Positions 9,600-24,500 of a DNA stretch of 64,000 nt are shown piece after piece. The stretch is taken from NCBI GenBank assembly GCA_964016885.1, contig OZ024742.1:62001-126000 (forward strand), written 5' to 3'. The position numbers and the translations under genes are program-made. Numbering within the stretch: position 1 is the stretch's first letter; each line of letters opens with the position of its first letter. The notes under the pieces are model-generated. The model saw nothing but the letters and a program-made list of their open reading frames with translations. It did not search any database and was not told the origin of the DNA. Source of the stretch: Eledone cirrhosa. Lineage: Eukaryota.

Positions 9600-12500
9600 G
9601 TACATTCAACAGTAACCACTCTAACCCTAACCCTAACCCTAACTTAACCCTATCACTCAACGTACATTCAACAGTAACCACCCTAACCCTTAGCCTAACC
9701 CAAACCCTCAACGTACATTCAACAGTAACCACCCTAACCCTAACCCTAACCTTAACCCTCAACGTAGATTCAACAGTAACCATTCTAACCCTAACCCTAA
9801 CCCTAACCCTTACCCTCAACGTACATTCAACAGTAACCACAATAACCCTAACCTTAACCCTCAACGTACATTCAACAGTACCCACCCTAACCCTAACCCT
9901 CAACGTACATTCAACATTAACCACTCTAACCCTAACCCTAACACTAACCCTCAACGTACATTCAACAGTAACCACCCTAACCCTAACCCTAACCCTAACC
10001 CTCAACGTACATTCAACAGTAACCACCCTAACCCTAACCCTAACCCTCAACGTACATTCAACAGTAACCATCCTAACACTAACAATAACCCTAAACGTAC
10101 ATGCAACAGTAACCGCCATAACCCTAACCCTAACCCTAACCTAACCCTAACCCTCAACGTACATTCAACAGTAACCACTCTAACCCTAACCCTAACCCTC
10201 AACGTACATTCAAAAGTAACCACAATAACCTTAACCCTCAACGTACATTCAACAGTAACCCCCACATCCTAACCCTAACCCACAACGTACATTCAACAGT
10301 AACCATTCTAACCCTAACCCTAACCCTCAACGTACATTCAACAGTAACCATTCTAACCCTAACCCTAACCCTCAACGTACATTCAACAGTAACCATTCTA
10401 ACCCTAACCCTAACCCTCAACGTACATTCAACAGTAACCATTCTAAACCTAACCCTAACCCTCAACGTACATTCAACAGTAACCACTCTAACCCTAACCC
10501 TAACCCTCAACGTACATTCAACAGTAACCATTCTAACCTAACCCTAACCCTCAACGTACATTCAACAGTAACCACCCTAACCCTATCCCTAACCCTCAAC
10601 GTACATTCAACAGTAACCACCCTAACCCTAACCCTAACCCTCAACGTACATTCAACAGTAACCACCATAACCCTAACCCTCAACGTACATTCAACAGTAA
10701 CCCCCTCATCCTAACCCTAACACTCAACGTACATTCAACTGTAACCATTCTAACCCTCACCCTAACCCTCAACGTACATTCAACAGTAACCAATCTAACC
10801 CTAACCCTAACCCTCAACGTACATTCAACAGTAACCACTCTAACCCTAACCCTAACCCTAACCCTAACTTAACCCTATCACTCAACGTACATTCAACAGT
10901 AACCACCCTAACCCTTAGCCTAACCCAAACCCTCAACGTACATTCAACAGTAACCACCCTAACCCTAACCCTAACCCTAACCCTCAACGTACATTCAACA
11001 GTAACCACAATAACCCTAACCTTAACCCTCAACGTACATTCAACAGTACCCACCCTAACCCTAACCCTCAACGTACATTCAACATTAACCACTCTAACCC
11101 TAACCCTAACACTAACCCTCAACGTACATTCAACAGTAACCACCCTAACCCTAACCCTAACCCTCAACGTACATTCAACAGTAACCACCCTAACCCTAAC
11201 CCTAACCCTCAACGTACATTCAACAGTAACCATCCTAACACTAACAATAACCCTAAACGTACATGCAACAGTAACCACCATAACCCTAACCCTAACCCTA
11301 ACCTAACCCTAACCCTCAACGTACATTCAACAGTAACCACTCTAACCCTAACCCTAACCCTCAACGTACATTCAACAGTAACCAACATAACCTTAACCCT
11401 CAACGTACATTCAACAGTAACCCCCTCATCCTAACCCTAACCCACAACGTACATTCAACAGTAACCATTCTAACCTAACCCTAACCCTCAACGTACATTC
11501 AACAGTAACCACTCTAACCCTAACCCTAACCCTCAACGTACATTCAACAGTAACCAACATAACCTTAACCCTCAACGTACATTCAACAGTAACCCCCTCA
11601 TCCTAACCCTAACCCTCAACGTACATTCAAGAGTAACCATTCTAACCCTAACCCTAACCCTCAACGTACATTCAACAGTAACCATTCTAACCCTAACCCT
11701 AACCCTCAACGTACATTCAACAGTAACCATTCTAACCCTAACCCTAACCCTCAACGTACATTCAACAGTAACCACTCTAACCCTAACCCTAACCCTCAAC
11801 GTACATTCAACAGTAACCACCCTAACCCTAACCCTAACCCTCAACGTACATTCAACAGTAACCACCCTAACCCTAACCCTAACCCTCAACGTACATTCAA
11901 CAGTAACCACCATAACCCTAACCCTCAACGTACATTCAACAGTAACCCCCTCATCCTAACCCTAACACTCAACGTACATTCAACTGTAACCATTCTAACC
12001 CTCACCCTAACCCTCAACGTACATTCAACAGTAACCAATCTAACCCTAACCCTAACCCTCAACGTACATTCAACAGTAACCACCCTAACACTAACTCTAA
12101 CCCTCAACGTACATTCAACAGTAACCACTCTAACCCTAACCCTAACCCTCAACGTACATTCAAAAGTAACCACCCTAACCCTAACCCTCAACGTACATTC
12201 AACAGTAACCACTCTAACCCTAACCCTAATCCTAACCCTCAACGTACATTCAACAGTAACCACCCTAACCCTAACCCTCAACGTACATTCAACAGTAACC
12301 ACCCTAACCCTAACCCTAACCCTCGACGTACATTCAACAGTAACCACCATAACCCTAACCCTCAACGTACATTCAACAGTAACCCCCTCATCCTAACCCT
12401 AACCCTCAACGTACATTCAACAGTAACCATTCTAACCCTAAGCCTAACCCTCAACGTACATTCAACAGTAACCACTCTAACCCTAACCCTAACCCTCAAC

Positions 12501-15500
12501 GTACATTCAACAGTAACCACCCTAACCCTAACCCTAACCCTAACCCTCAACGTACATTCAACAGTAACCACCCTAACCCTAACCCTAACCCTCAACGTAC
12601 ATTCAACAGTAACCACCATAACCCTAACCCTCAACGTACATTCAACAGTAACCCCCTCATCCTAACCCTAACACTCAACGTACATTCAACTGTAACCATT
12701 CTAACCCTCACCCTAACCCTCAACGTACATTCAACAGTAACCAATCTAACCCTAACCCTAACCCTCAACGTACATTCAACAGTAACCACTCTAACCCTAA
12801 CCCTAACCCTAACTTAACCCTATCACTCAACGTACATTCAACAGTAACCACCCTAACCCTTAGCCTAACCCAAACCCTCAACGTACATTCAACAGTAACC
12901 ACCCTAACCCTAGCCCTAACCTTAACCCTCAACGTACATTCAACAGTAACCATTCTAACCCTAACCCTAACCCTAACCCTAACCCTCAACGTACATTCAA
13001 CAGTAACCACAATAACCCTAACCTTAACCCTCAACGTACATTCAACAGTACCCACCCTAACCCTAACCCTCAACGTACATTCAACATTAACCACTCTAAC
13101 ACTAACCCTAACACTAACCCTCAACGTACATTCAACAGTAACCACCCTAACCCTAACCCTAACCCTCAACGTACATTCAACAGTAACCATCCTAACACTA
13201 ACAATAACCCTAAACGTACATGCAACAGTAACCACCATAACCCTAACCCTAACCCTAACCTAACCCTAACCCTCAACGTACATTCAACAGTAACCACTCT
13301 AACCCTAACCCTAACCCTCAAGGTACATTCAACAGTAACCACCATAACCTTAACACTCAACGTACATTCAACAGTAACCCCCTCATCCTAACCCTAACCC
13401 ACAACGTACATTCAACAGTAACCATTCCAACCCTAACCCTAACCCTCAACGTACATTCAACAGTAACCATTCTAACCCTAACCCTAACCCTCAACGTACA
13501 TTCAACAGTAACCATTCTAAGCCTAACCCTAACCCTCAACGTACTTTCAACAGTAACCATTCTAAGCCTAACCCTAACCCTCATCGTACGTTCAACAGTA
13601 ACCACTCTAACCCTAACCCTAACCCTCAACGTACATTCAACAGTAACCACCCTAACCCTAACCCTCAACGTACATTCAACAGTAACCCCCTCATCCTAAC
13701 CCTAACACTCAACGTACATTCAACTGTAACCATTCTAACCCTCACCCTAACCCTCAACGTACATTCAACAGTAACCAATCTAACCCTAACCCTAACCCTC
13801 AACGTACATTCAACAGTAACCACCCTAACACAAACTCTAACCCTCAACGTACATTCGACAGTAACCACTCTAACCCTAACCCTAACCCTCATCGTACATT
13901 CAACAGTAACCACTCTAACCCTAACCCTAACCCTCAACGTACATTCAACAGTAACCACCCTAACCCTAACCCTAACCCTCAACGTACATTCAACAGTAAC
14001 CACCATAACCCTAACCCTCAACGTACATTCAACAGTAACCCCCTCATCCTAACCCTAACACTCAACGTACATTCAACTGTAACCATTCTAACCCTCACCC
14101 TAACCCTCAACGTACATTCAACAGTAACCAATCTAACCCTAACCCTAACCCTCAACGTACATTCAACAGTAACCACCCTAACACTAACTCTAACCCTCAA
14201 CGTACATTCAACAGTAACCACCCTAACCCTAACCCTAACCCTAACCCTCAACGTACATTCAACAGTAACCACCCTAACCCTAACCCTAACCCTCAACGTA
14301 CATTCAACAGTAACCATCCTAACACTAACAATAACCCTAAACGTACATGCAACGGTAACCGCCATAACCCTAACCCTAACCCTAACCTAACCCTAACCCT
14401 CAACGTACATTCAACAGTAACCACTCTAACCCTAACCCTAACCCTCAACGTACATTCAACAGTAACCACAATAACCTTAACCCTCAACGTACATTCAACA
14501 GTAACCCCCACATCCTAACCCTAACCCACAACGTACATTCAACAGTAACCATTCTAACCCTAACCCTAACCCTCAACGTACATTCAACAGTAACCATTCT
14601 AACCCTAACCCTAACCCTCAACGTACATTCAACAGTAACCATTCTAACCCTAACCCTAACCCTCAACGTACATTCAACAGTAACCACCCTAACCCTATCC
14701 CTAACCCTCAACGTACATTCAACAGTAACCACCCTAACCCTAACCCTAACCCTCAACGTACATTCAACAGTAACCACCATAACCCTAACCCTCAACGTAC
14801 ATTCAACAGTAACCCCCTCATCCTAACCCTAACACTCAACGTACATTCAACTGTAACCATTCTAACCCTCACCCTAACCCTCAACGTACATTCAACAGTA
14901 ACCAATCTAACCCTAACCCTAACCCTCAACGTACATTCAACAGTAACCACTCTAACCCTAACCCTAACCCTAACCCTAACTTAACCCTATCACTCAACGT
15001 ACATTCAACAGTAACCACCCTAACCCTTAGCCTAACCCAAACCCTCAACGTACATTCAACAGTAACCACCCTAACCCTAACCCTAACCTTAACCCTCAAC
15101 GTACATTCAACAGTAACCATTCTAACCCTAACACTAACCCTCAACGTACATTCAACAGTAACCACTCTAACCCTAACCCTAACCCTCAACGTACATTCAA
15201 CAGTAACCACCCTAACCCTATCCCTAACCCTCAACGTACATTCAACAGTAACCACCCTAACCCTAACCCTAACCCTCAACGTACATTCAACAGTAACCAC
15301 CATAACCCTAACCCTCAACGTACATTCAACAGTAACCCCCTCATCCTAACCCTAACACTCAACGTACATTCAACTGTAACCATTCTAACCCTCACCCTAA
15401 CCCTCAACGTACATTCAACAGTAACCAATCTAACCCTAACCCTAACCCTCAACGTACATTCAACAGTAACCACTCTAACCCTAACCGTAACCCTAACCCT

Positions 15501-18500
15501 AACTTAACCCTATCACTCAACGTACATTCAACAGTAACCACCCTAACCCTTAGCCTAACCCAAACCCTCAACGTACATTCAACAGTAACCACCCTAACCC
15601 TAACCCTAACCCTAACCCTCAACGTACATTCAACAGTAACCACAATAACCCTAACCTTAACCCTCAACGTACATTCAACAGTACCCACCCTAACCCTAAC
15701 CCTCAACGTACATTCAACATTAACCACTCTAACCCTAACCCTAACACTAACCCTCAACGTACATTCAACAGTAACCACCCTAACCCTAACCCTAACCCTC
15801 AACGTACATTCAACAGTAACCACCCTAACCCTAACCCTAACCCTCAACGTACATTCAACAGTAACCATCCTAACACTAACAATAACCCTAAACGTACATG
15901 CAACAGTAACCACCATAACCCTAACCCTAACCCTAACCTAACCCTAACCCTCAACGTACATTCAACAGTAACCACTCTAACCCTAACCCTAACCCTCAAC
16001 GTACATTCAACAGTAACCAACATAACCTTAACCCTCAACGTACATTCAACAGTAACCCCCTCATCCTAACCCTAACCCACAACGTACATTCAACAGTAAC
16101 CATTCTAACCTAACCCTAACCCTCAACGTACATTCAACAGTAACCACTCTAACCCTAACCCTAACCCTCAACGTACATTCAACAGTAACCAACATAACCT
16201 TAACCCTCAACGTACATTCAACAGTAACCCCCTCATCCTAACCCTAACCCTCAACGTACATTCAAGAGTAACCATTCTAACCCTAACCCTAACCCTCAAC
16301 GTACATTCAACAGTAACCATTCTAACCCTAACCCTAACCCTCAACGTACATTCAACAGTAACCATTCTAACCCTAACCCTAACCCTCAACGTACATTCAA
16401 CAGTAACCACTCTAACCCTAACCCTAACCCTCAACGTACATTCAACAGTAACCACCCTAACCCTAACCCTAACCCTCAACGTACATTCAACAGTAACCAC
16501 CCTAACCCTAACCCTAACCCTCAACGTACATTCAACAGTAACCACCATAACCCTAACCCTCAACGTACATTCAACAGTAACCCCCTCATCCTAACCCTAA
16601 CACTCAACGTACATTTAACTGTAACCATTCTAACCCTCACCCTAACCCTCAACGTACATTCAACAGTAACCAATCTAACCCTAACCCTAACCCTCAACGT
16701 ACATTCAACAGTAACCACCCTAACACTAACTCTAACCCTCAACGTACATTCAACAGTAACCACTCTAACCCTAACCCTAACCCTCAACGTACATTCAACA
16801 GTAACCACTCTAACCCTAACCCTAACCCTCAACGTACATTCAAAAGTAACCACCCTAACCCTAACCCTCAACGTACATTCAACAGTAACCACTCTAACCC
16901 TAACCCTAATCCTAACCCTCAACGTACATTCAACAGTAACCACCCTAACCCTAACCCTCAACGTACATTCAACAGTAACCACCCTAACCCTAACCCTAAC
17001 CCTCGACGTACATTCAACAGTAACCACCATAACCCTAACCCTCAACGTACATTCAACAGTAACCCCCTCATCCTAACCCTAACCCTCAACGTACATTCAA
17101 CAGTAACCATTCTAACCCTAAGCCTAACCCTCAACGTACATTCAACAGTAACCACTCTAACCCTAACCCTAACCCTCAACGTACATTCAACAGTAACCAC
17201 CCTAACCCTAACCCTAACCCTCAACGTACATTCAACAGTAACCACCCTAACCCTAACCCTAACCCTCAACGTACATTCAACAGTAACCACCATAACCCTA
17301 ACCCTCAACGTACATTCAACAGTAACCCCCTCATCCTAACCCTAACACTCAACGTACATTCAACTGTAACCATTCTAACCCTCACCCTAACCCTCAACGT
17401 ACATTCAACAGTAACCAATCTAACCCTAACCCTAACCCTCAACGTACATTCAACAGTAACCACTCTAACCCTAACCCTAACCCTAACTTAACCCTATCAC
17501 TCAACGTACATTCAACAGTAACCACCCTAACCCTTAGCCTAACCCAAACCCTCAACGTACATTCAACAGTAACCACACTAACCCTAGCCCTAACCTTAAC
17601 CCTCAACGTACATTCAACAGTAACCATTCTAACCCTAACCCTAACCCTAACCCTAACCCTCAAAGTACATTCAACAGTAACCACAATAACCCTAACCTTA
17701 ACCCTCAACGTACATTCAACAGTACCCACCCTAACCCTAACCCTCAACGTACATTCAACATTAACCACTCTAACACTAACCCTAACACTAACCCTCAACG
17801 TACATTCAACAGTAACCACCCTAACCCTAACCCTAACCCTCAACGTACATTCAACAGTAACCATCCTAACACTAACAATAACCCTAAACGTACATGCAAC
17901 AGTAACCACCATAACCCTAACCCTAACCCTAACCTAACCCTAACCCTCAACGTACATTCAACAGTAACCACTCTAACCCTAACCCTAACCCTCAAGGTAC
18001 ATTCAACAGTAACCACCATAACCTTAACACTCAACGTACATTCAACAGTAACCCCCTCATCCTAACCCTAACCCACAACGTACATTCAACAGTAACCATT
18101 CTAACCCTAACCCTAACCCTCAACGTACATTCAACAGTAACCATTCTAACCCTAACCCTAACCCTCAACGTACTTTCAACAGTAACCATTCTAAGCCTAA
18201 CCCTAACCCTCATCGTACATTCAACAGTAACCACTCTAACCCTAACCCTAACCCTCAACGTACATTCAACAGTAACCACCCTAACCCTAACCCTCAACGT
18301 ACATTCAACAGTAACCCCCTCATCCTAACCCTAACACTCAACGTACATTCAACTGTAACCATTCTAACCCTCACCCTAACCCTCAACGTACATTCAACAG
18401 TAACCAATCTAACCCTAACCCTAACCCTCAACGTACATTCAACAGTAACCACCCTAACACTAACTCTAACCCTCAACGTACATTCAACAGTAACCACTCT

Positions 18501-21500
18501 AACCCTAATCCTAACCCTCAACGTACATTCAACAGTAACCACTCTAACCCTAACCCTAACCCTCAACGTACATTCAAAAGTAACCACCCTAACCCTAACC
18601 CTCAACGTACATTCAACAGTAACCACTCTAACCCTAACCCTAATCCTAACCCTCAACGTACATTCAACAGTAACCACCCTAACCCTAACCCTAACCCTCA
18701 ACGTACATTCAACAGTAACCACCATAACCCTAACCCTCAACGTACATTCAACAGTAACCACCCTAACCCTAACCCTAACCCTAACCCTCAACGTAAATTC
18801 AACAGTAACCACAATAACCCTAACCTTAACCCTCAACGTACATTCAACAGTACCCACCCTAACCCTAACCCTCAACGTACATTCAACATTAACCACTCTA
18901 ACCCTAACCCTAACACTAACCCTCAACGTACATTCAACAGTAACCACCCTAACCCTAACCCTAACCCTCAACGTACATTCAACAGTAACCACCCTAACCC
19001 TAACCCTAACCCTCAACGTACATTCAACAGTAACCATCCTAACACTAACAATAACCCTAAACGTACATGCAACAGTAACCACCATAACCCTAACCCTAAC
19101 CCTAACCTAACCCTAACCCTCAACGTACATTCAACAGTAACCACTCTAACCCTAACCCTAACCCTCAACGTACATTCAACAGTAACCAACATAACCTTAA
19201 CCCTCAACGTACATTCAACAGTAACCCCCTCATCCTAACCCTAACCCACAACGTACATTCAACAGTAACCATTCTAACCTAACCCTAACCCTCAACGTAC
19301 ATTCAACAGTAACCACTCTAACCCTAACCCTAACCCTCAACGTACATTCAACAGTAACCATTCTAACCCTAACCCTAACCCTCAACGTACATTCAACAGT
19401 AACCACTCTAACCCTAACCCTAACCCTCAACGTACATTCAACAGTAACCAACATAACCTTAACCCTCAACGTACATTCAACAGTAACCCCCTCATCCTAA
19501 CCCTAACCCTCAACGTACATTCAAGAGTAACCATTCTAACCCTAACCCTAACCCTCAACGTACATTCAACAGTAACCATTCTAACCCTAACCCTAACCCT
19601 CAACGTACATTCAACAGTAACCATTCTAACCCTAACCCTAACCCTCAACGTACATTCAACAGTAACCACTCTAACCCTAACCCTAACCCTCAACGTACAT
19701 TCAACAGTAACCACCCTAACCCTAACCCTAACCCTCAACGTACATTCAACAGTAACCACCCTAACCCTAACCCTAACCCTCAACGTACATTCAACAGTAA
19801 CCACCATAACCCTAACCCTCAACGTACATTCAACAGTAACCCCCTCATCCTAACCCTAACACTCAACGTACATTCAACTGTAACCATTCTAACCCTCACC
19901 CTAACCCTCAACGTACATTCAACAGTAACCAATCTAACCCTAACCCTAACCCTCAACGTACATTCAACAGTAACCACCCTAACACTAACTCTAACCCTCA
20001 ACGTACATTCAACAGTAACCACTCTAACCCTAACCCTAACCCTCAACGTACATTCAACAGTAACCACTCTAACCCTAACCCTAACCCTCAACGTACATTC
20101 AAAAGTAACCACCCTAACCCTAACCCTCAACGTACATTCAACAGTAACCACTCTAACCCTAACCCTAATCCTAACCCTCAACGTACATTCAACAGTAACC
20201 ACCCTAACCCTAACCCTCAACGTACATTCAACAGTAACCACCCTAACCCTAACCCTAACCCTCGACGTACATTCAACAGTAACCACCATAACCCTAACCC
20301 TCAACGTACATTCAACAGTAACCCCCTCATCCTAACCCTAACCCTCAACGTACATTCAACAGTAACCATTCTAACCCTAAGCCTAACCCTCAACGTACAT
20401 TCAACAGTAACCACTCTAACCCTAACCCTAACCCTCAACGTACATTCAACAGTAACCACCCTAACCCTAACCCTAACCCTCAACGTACATTCAACAGTAA
20501 CCACCCTAACCCTAACCCTAACCCTCAACGTACATTCAACAGTAACCACCATAACCCTAACCCTCAACGTACATTCAACAGTAACCCCCTCATCCTAACC
20601 CTAACACTCAACGTACATTCAACTGTAACCATTCTAACCCTCACCCTAACCCTCAACGTACATTCAACAGTAACCAATCTAACCCTAACCCTAACCCTCA
20701 ACGTACATTCAACAGTAACCACTCTAACCCTAACCCTAACCCTAACTTAACCCTATCACTCAACGTACATTCAACAGTAACCACCCTAACCCTTAGCCTA
20801 ACCCAAACCCTCAACGTACATTCAACAGTAACCACCCTAACCCTAGCCCTAACCTTAACCCTCAACGTACATTCAACAGTAACCATTCTAACCCTAACCC
20901 TAACCCTAACCCTAACCCTCAACGTACATTCAACAGTAACCACAATAACCCTAACCTTAACCCTCAACGTACATTCAACAGTACCCACCCTAACCCTAAC
21001 CCTCAACGTACATTCAACATTAACCACTCTAACACTAACCCTAACACTAACCCTCAACGTACATTCAACAGTAACCACCCTAACCCTAACCCTAACCCTC
21101 AACGTACATTCAACAGTAACCATCCTAACACTAACAATAACCCTAAACGTACATGCAACAGTAACCACCATAACCCTAACCCTAACCCTAACCTAACCCT
21201 AACCCTCAACGTACATTCAACAGTAACCACTCTAACCCTAACCCTAACCCTCAAGGTACATTCAACAGTAACCACCATAACCTTAACACTCAACGTACAT
21301 TCAACAGTAACCCCCTCATCCTAACCCTAACCCACAACGTACATTCAACAGTAACCATTCTAACCCTAACCCTAACCCTCAACGTACATTCAACAGTAAC
21401 CACCCTAACCCTAACCCTAACCCTCAACGTACATTCAACAGTAACCACCCTAACCCTAACCCGAACCCTCAACGTACATTCAACAGTAACCACCATAACC

Positions 21501-24500
21501 CTAACCCTCAACGTACATTCAACAGTAACCCCCTCATCCTAACCCTAACACTCAACGTACATTCAACTGTAACCATTCTAACCCTCACCCTAACCCTCAA
21601 CGTACATTCAACAGTAACCAATCTAACCCTAACCCTCAACGTACATTCAACAGTAACCACCCTAACACTAACTCTAACCCTCAACGTACATTCAACAGTA
21701 ACCACTCTAACCCTAACCCTAACCCTCAACGTACATTCAACAGTAACCACTCTAACCCTAACCCTAACCCTCAACGTACATTCAAAAGTAACCACCCTAA
21801 CCCTAACCCTCAACGTACATTCAACAGTAACCACTCTAACCCTAACCCTAATCCTAACCCTCAACGTACATTCAACAGTAACCACCCTAACCCTAACCCT
21901 CAATGTACATTCAACAGTAACCACCCTAACCCTAACCCTAACCCTCGACGTACATTCAACAGTAACCACCATAACCCTAACCCTCAACGTACATTCAACA
22001 GTAACCCCCTCATCCTAACCCTAACCCTCAACGTACATTCAACAGTAACCATTCTAACCCTAAGCCTAACCCTCAACGTACATTCAACAGTAACCACTCT
22101 AACCCTAAGCCTAACCCTCAACGTACATTCAACAGTAACCACCCTAACCCTAACCCTAACCCTCAACGTACATTCAACAGTAACCACCATAACCCTAACC
22201 CTCAACGTACATTCAACAGTAACCCCCTCATCCTAACCCTAACACTCAACGTACATTCAACTGTAACCATTCTAACCCTCACCCTAACCCTCAACGTACA
22301 TTCAACAGTAACCAATCTAACCCTAACCCTAACCCTCAACGTACATTCAACAGTAACCACTCTAACCCTAACCCTAACCCTAACTTAACCCTATCACTCA
22401 ACGTACATTCAACAGTAACCACCCTAACCCTTAGCCTAACCCAAACCCTCAACGTACATTCAACAGTGACCACCCTAACCCTAGCCCTAACCTTAACCCT
22501 CAACGTACATTCAACAGTAACCATTCTAACCCTAACCCTAACCCTAACCCTAACCCTCAACGTACATTCAACAGTAACCACAATAACCCTAACCTTAACC
22601 CTCAACGTACATTCAACAGTACCCACCCTAACCCTAACCCTCAACGTACATTCAACATTAACCACTCTAACACTAACCCTAACACTAACCCTCAACGTAC
22701 ATTCAACAGTAACCACCCTAACCCTAACCCTAACCCTCAACGTACATTCAACAGTAACCATCCTAACACTAACAATAACCCTAAACGTACATGCAACAGT
22801 AACCACCATAACCCTAACCCTAACCCTAACCTAACCCTAACCCTCAACGTACATTCAACAGTAACCACTCTAACCCTAACCCTAACCCTCAAGGTACATT
22901 CAACAGTAACCACCATAACCTTAACACTCAACGTACATTCAACAGTAACCCCCTCATCCTAACCCTAACCCACAACGTACATTCAACAGTAACCATTCTA
23001 ACCCTAACCCTAACCCTCAACGTACATTCAACAGTAACCCCCTCATCCTAACCCTAACACTCAACGTACATTCAACTGTAACCATTCTAACCCTCACCCT
23101 AACCCTCAACGTACATTCAACAGTAACCAATCTAACCCTAACCCTAACCCTCAACGTACATTCAACAGTAACCACCCTAACACTAACTCTAACCCTCAAC
23201 GTACATTCAACAGTAACCACTCTAACCCTAACCCTAACCCTCAACGTACATTCAACAGTAACCACTCTAACCCTAACCCTAACCCTCAACGTACATTCAA
23301 AAGTAACCACCCTAACCCTAACCCTCAACGTACATTCAACAGTAACCACTCTAACCCTAACCCTAATCCTAACCCTCAACGTACATTCAACAGTAACCAC
23401 CCTAACCCTAACCCTCAACGTACATTCAACAGTAACCACCCTAACCCTAACCCTAACCCTCGACGTACATTCAACAGTAACCACCATAACCCTAACCCTC
23501 AACGTACATTCAACAGTAACCCCCTCATCCTAACCCTAACCCTCAACGTACATTCAACAGTAACCATTCTAACCCTAAGCCTAACCCTCAACGTACATTC
23601 AACAGTAACCACTCTAACCCTAACCCTAACCCTCAACGTACATTCAACAGTAACCACCCTAACCCTAACCCTAACCCTAACCCTCAACGTACATTCAACA
23701 GTAACCACCCTAACCCTAACCCTAACCCTCAACGTACATTCAACAGTAACCACCATAACCCTAACCCTCAACGTACATTCAACAGTAACCCCCTCATCCT
23801 AACCCTAACACTCAACGTACATTCAACTGTAACCATTCTAACCCTCACCCTAACCCTCAACGTACATTCAACAGTAACCAATCTAACCCTAACCCTAACC
23901 CTCAACGTACATTCAACAGTAACCACTCTAACCCTAACCCTAACCCTAACTTAACCCTATCACTCAACGTACATTCAACAGTAACCACCCTAACCCTTAG
24001 CCTAACCCAAACCCTCAACGTACATTCAACAGTAACCACCCTAACCCTAGCCCTAACCTTAACCCTCAACGTACATTCAACAGTAACCATTCTAACCCTA
24101 ACCCTAACCCTAACCCTAACCCTCAACGTACATTCAACAGTAACCACAATAACCCTAACCTTAACCCTCAACGTACATTCAACAGTACCCACCCTAACCC
24201 TAACCCTCAACGTACATTCAACATTAACCACTCTAACACTAACCCTAACACTAACCCTCAACGTACATTCAACAGTAACCACCCTAACCCTAACCCTAAC
24301 CCTCAACGTACATTCAACAGTAACCATCCTAACACTAACAATAACCCTAAACGTACATGCAACAGTAACCACCATAACCCTAACCCTAACCCTAACCTAA
24401 CCCTAACCCTCAACGTACATTCAACAGTAACCACTCTAACCCTAACCCTAACCCTCAAGGTACATTCAACAGTAACCACCATAACCTTAACACTCAACGT

